Origin: Thermoplasmata archaeon
Lineage (GTDB): Archaea; Thermoplasmatota; SW-10-69-26; JACQPN01; JAJPHT01
DNA: 63,721 nt
Direction of reading: 5' to 3'
NCBI GenBank assembly: GCA_034667685.1
Contig: JAXDQU010000122.1
Span: 1-63,721 of the forward strand
The position numbers and the translations under genes were made by a program. The notes beneath the pieces were generated by a model. The model did no database searches and was not told the DNA's origin. It saw nothing but the letters and a program-made list of their open reading frames with translations. This document shows positions 62,832-63,721 of the stretch, one piece after another; position 1 is the first letter of the stretch; the number at the start of each line of letters is the position of its first letter.

Positions 62832-63167
62832 TCAGCCCTTCTTCGCCCGCTTCGCGCCCCCGAGCATGCCGGCCTCGTGGCGCGTCAGCGTCTCGCCGCG
62901 CTCCTCCTTGGCCTTGATGCGCTCGACCTCGCTGCGCGTCTCCTCGGAGAGGTGCGGCTTGCGCGTGTCCTCGCCGGCCATCCACGACGCGACCTTGTGC
63001 TCCGACTCCGGGTCGTGCCGGGTGCTGCGGCGCGACTCGTAGGCGCCCAGCTGGCCCTTCTCCTTCTGCGTGAGCTTCTCGCCGCGGTGCTCCTTCTCGC
63101 GGATCTCCTCCGCGCGCTCGCGCTCGGCCTCGTTGCTGATCCAGCCGCGCTCCTGATGGTCGACCAT
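62832..63167 (-). CDS. Hydrophilic stress protein (Em/LEA/KGG-like)
   Basis: Two copies of KExRGExLTxxExGxLG; no hydrophobic core. Confidence 0.65.
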   Translation of the reverse strand: MVDHQERGWISNEAERERAEEIREKEHRGEKLTQKEKGQLGAYESRRSTRHDPESEHKVASWMAGEDTRKPHLSEETRSEVERIKAKEERGETLTRHEAGMLGGAKRAKKG

Positions 63168-63256
63168 GCAAGCGCCTGGCGCGACGGGAGGCATACCCGT
63201 TCTCGCCCGATCCTCGGATCGGCAGGCTTGAGCATATGCAAGGGCTGCCCAGGCGC

Positions 63257-63721
63257 GTGCGCGAGATCGTCCTCCGGCGTGCCCTCGATCCCACCGACCG
63301 CGTGGAGCGCCTCGTCCAGCGCCACCCGAGCCTGGCGATGGAGACGCTGCACGCGGGGCTGAGCGCCGGCCGGCTCGTCACGCTCCAGCGCTGGCAGGGC
63401 TCGCGGGCGGCGCTCGCCGCGCTCGCGGGCGTGGGCGAGCCGGTGGGCAAGGCGCGCGACGCGCGGGTGCTGCACGTGGTCGAGCGCGCGGGCGGGCGGC
63501 CCTCGCCCCTTCCGATCGCCGAGGCGCACCTGGGCCCGTACACCGCGGCGCGCGCCACGTTGGACCGCGCGGGCGCGACGTGGCTCCTCGCGACGCCGCA
63601 CGACGCGCGCGTGCCGGCGTTCCTCGCCGCGCTGCGGCAGGCGGAGGACGCGTTCGAGAAGGCGCAGGGCGCCGCGATCCCGCGCTTTGTCGAGCACCGT
63701 GCGCTCCCGCGGGGAGAGCAG
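63257..63721 (+). CDS. Hypothetical protein, runs off the window end
   Basis: GTG start, open to the end (MREIVLRRALDPTDRVERLVQRHP...). Confidence 0.5.
   Translation, partial: MREIVLRRALDPTDRVERLVQRHPSLAMETLHAGLSAGRLVTLQRWQGSRAALAALAGVGEPVGKARDARVLHVVERAGGRPSPLPIAEAHLGPYTAARATLDRAGATWLLATPHDARVPAFLAALRQAEDAFEKAQGAAIPRFVEHRALPRGEQ

Noticed and set aside
57-63697. Many long Arg/Ala/Pro/Gly-rich ORFs in the track (e.g. 31465-34674 +, 56131-58911 -, 54894-57743 +, 37396-39837 -)
   Set aside because: Antisense or off-frame shadows of real genes, expected at high GC; no motifs and skewed composition
1-63721. tRNA, rRNA, transposase, integrase or prophage genes
   Set aside because: No cloverleaf with T-loop consensus, rRNA-like stretch or recombinase motif recognised by eye; tRNAscan-SE/Infernal would be needed to exclude them formally

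Overview
Very GC-rich (roughly 70% or more, judged by eye), gene-dense chromosomal segment that looks archaeal, most likely an uncultured Thermoplasmatota-type lineage (inference). The evidence is CTTA(T/A) TATA-like boxes about 25-31 nt upstream of many start codons, archaeal-type ValRS, PGF-CTERM proteins, a TrmB regulator, DUF6015/TFE-like proteins, a V4R output domain and a UPF0330-type VapB. Housekeeping and metabolic genes include cysS, valS, glmM/PMM, an NDP-sugar synthase, etfA/etfB, two acyl-CoA dehydrogenases, an enoyl-CoA hydratase, a class I FBP aldolase, mntH, a rhomboid protease and a GmhB-like HAD. The window also has two toxin-antitoxin pairs (VapBC, MNT-HEPN), an AAA+/VWA pair, three BNR-repeat lipoproteins and a histidine kinase/REC/REC-PAS-V4R cascade. 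I found no rRNA, tRNA, CRISPR array or transposase. Most interesting signals: (1) a polytopic receptor-like Hanks kinase, an ArsR-FHA regulator and a divergent secreted Cys-peptide, with several similar orphan peptides elsewhere, possibly a peptide-signalling system; (2) a strongly iterated AT-rich palindrome, TGATATCA, written into coding sequence with otherwise rare codons; (3) a dedicated exo/archaeosortase next to substrates carrying an IPFFPS/VPLVES C-terminal signal; (4) intergenic palindromes built from tandem 6-9 nt units; (5) a 76-bp double-hairpin insertion that frameshifts a gene; (6) tandem TFE-alpha-like winged-helix paralogs. Start codons were chosen by eye and all family assignments come from motif recognition, not database searches.
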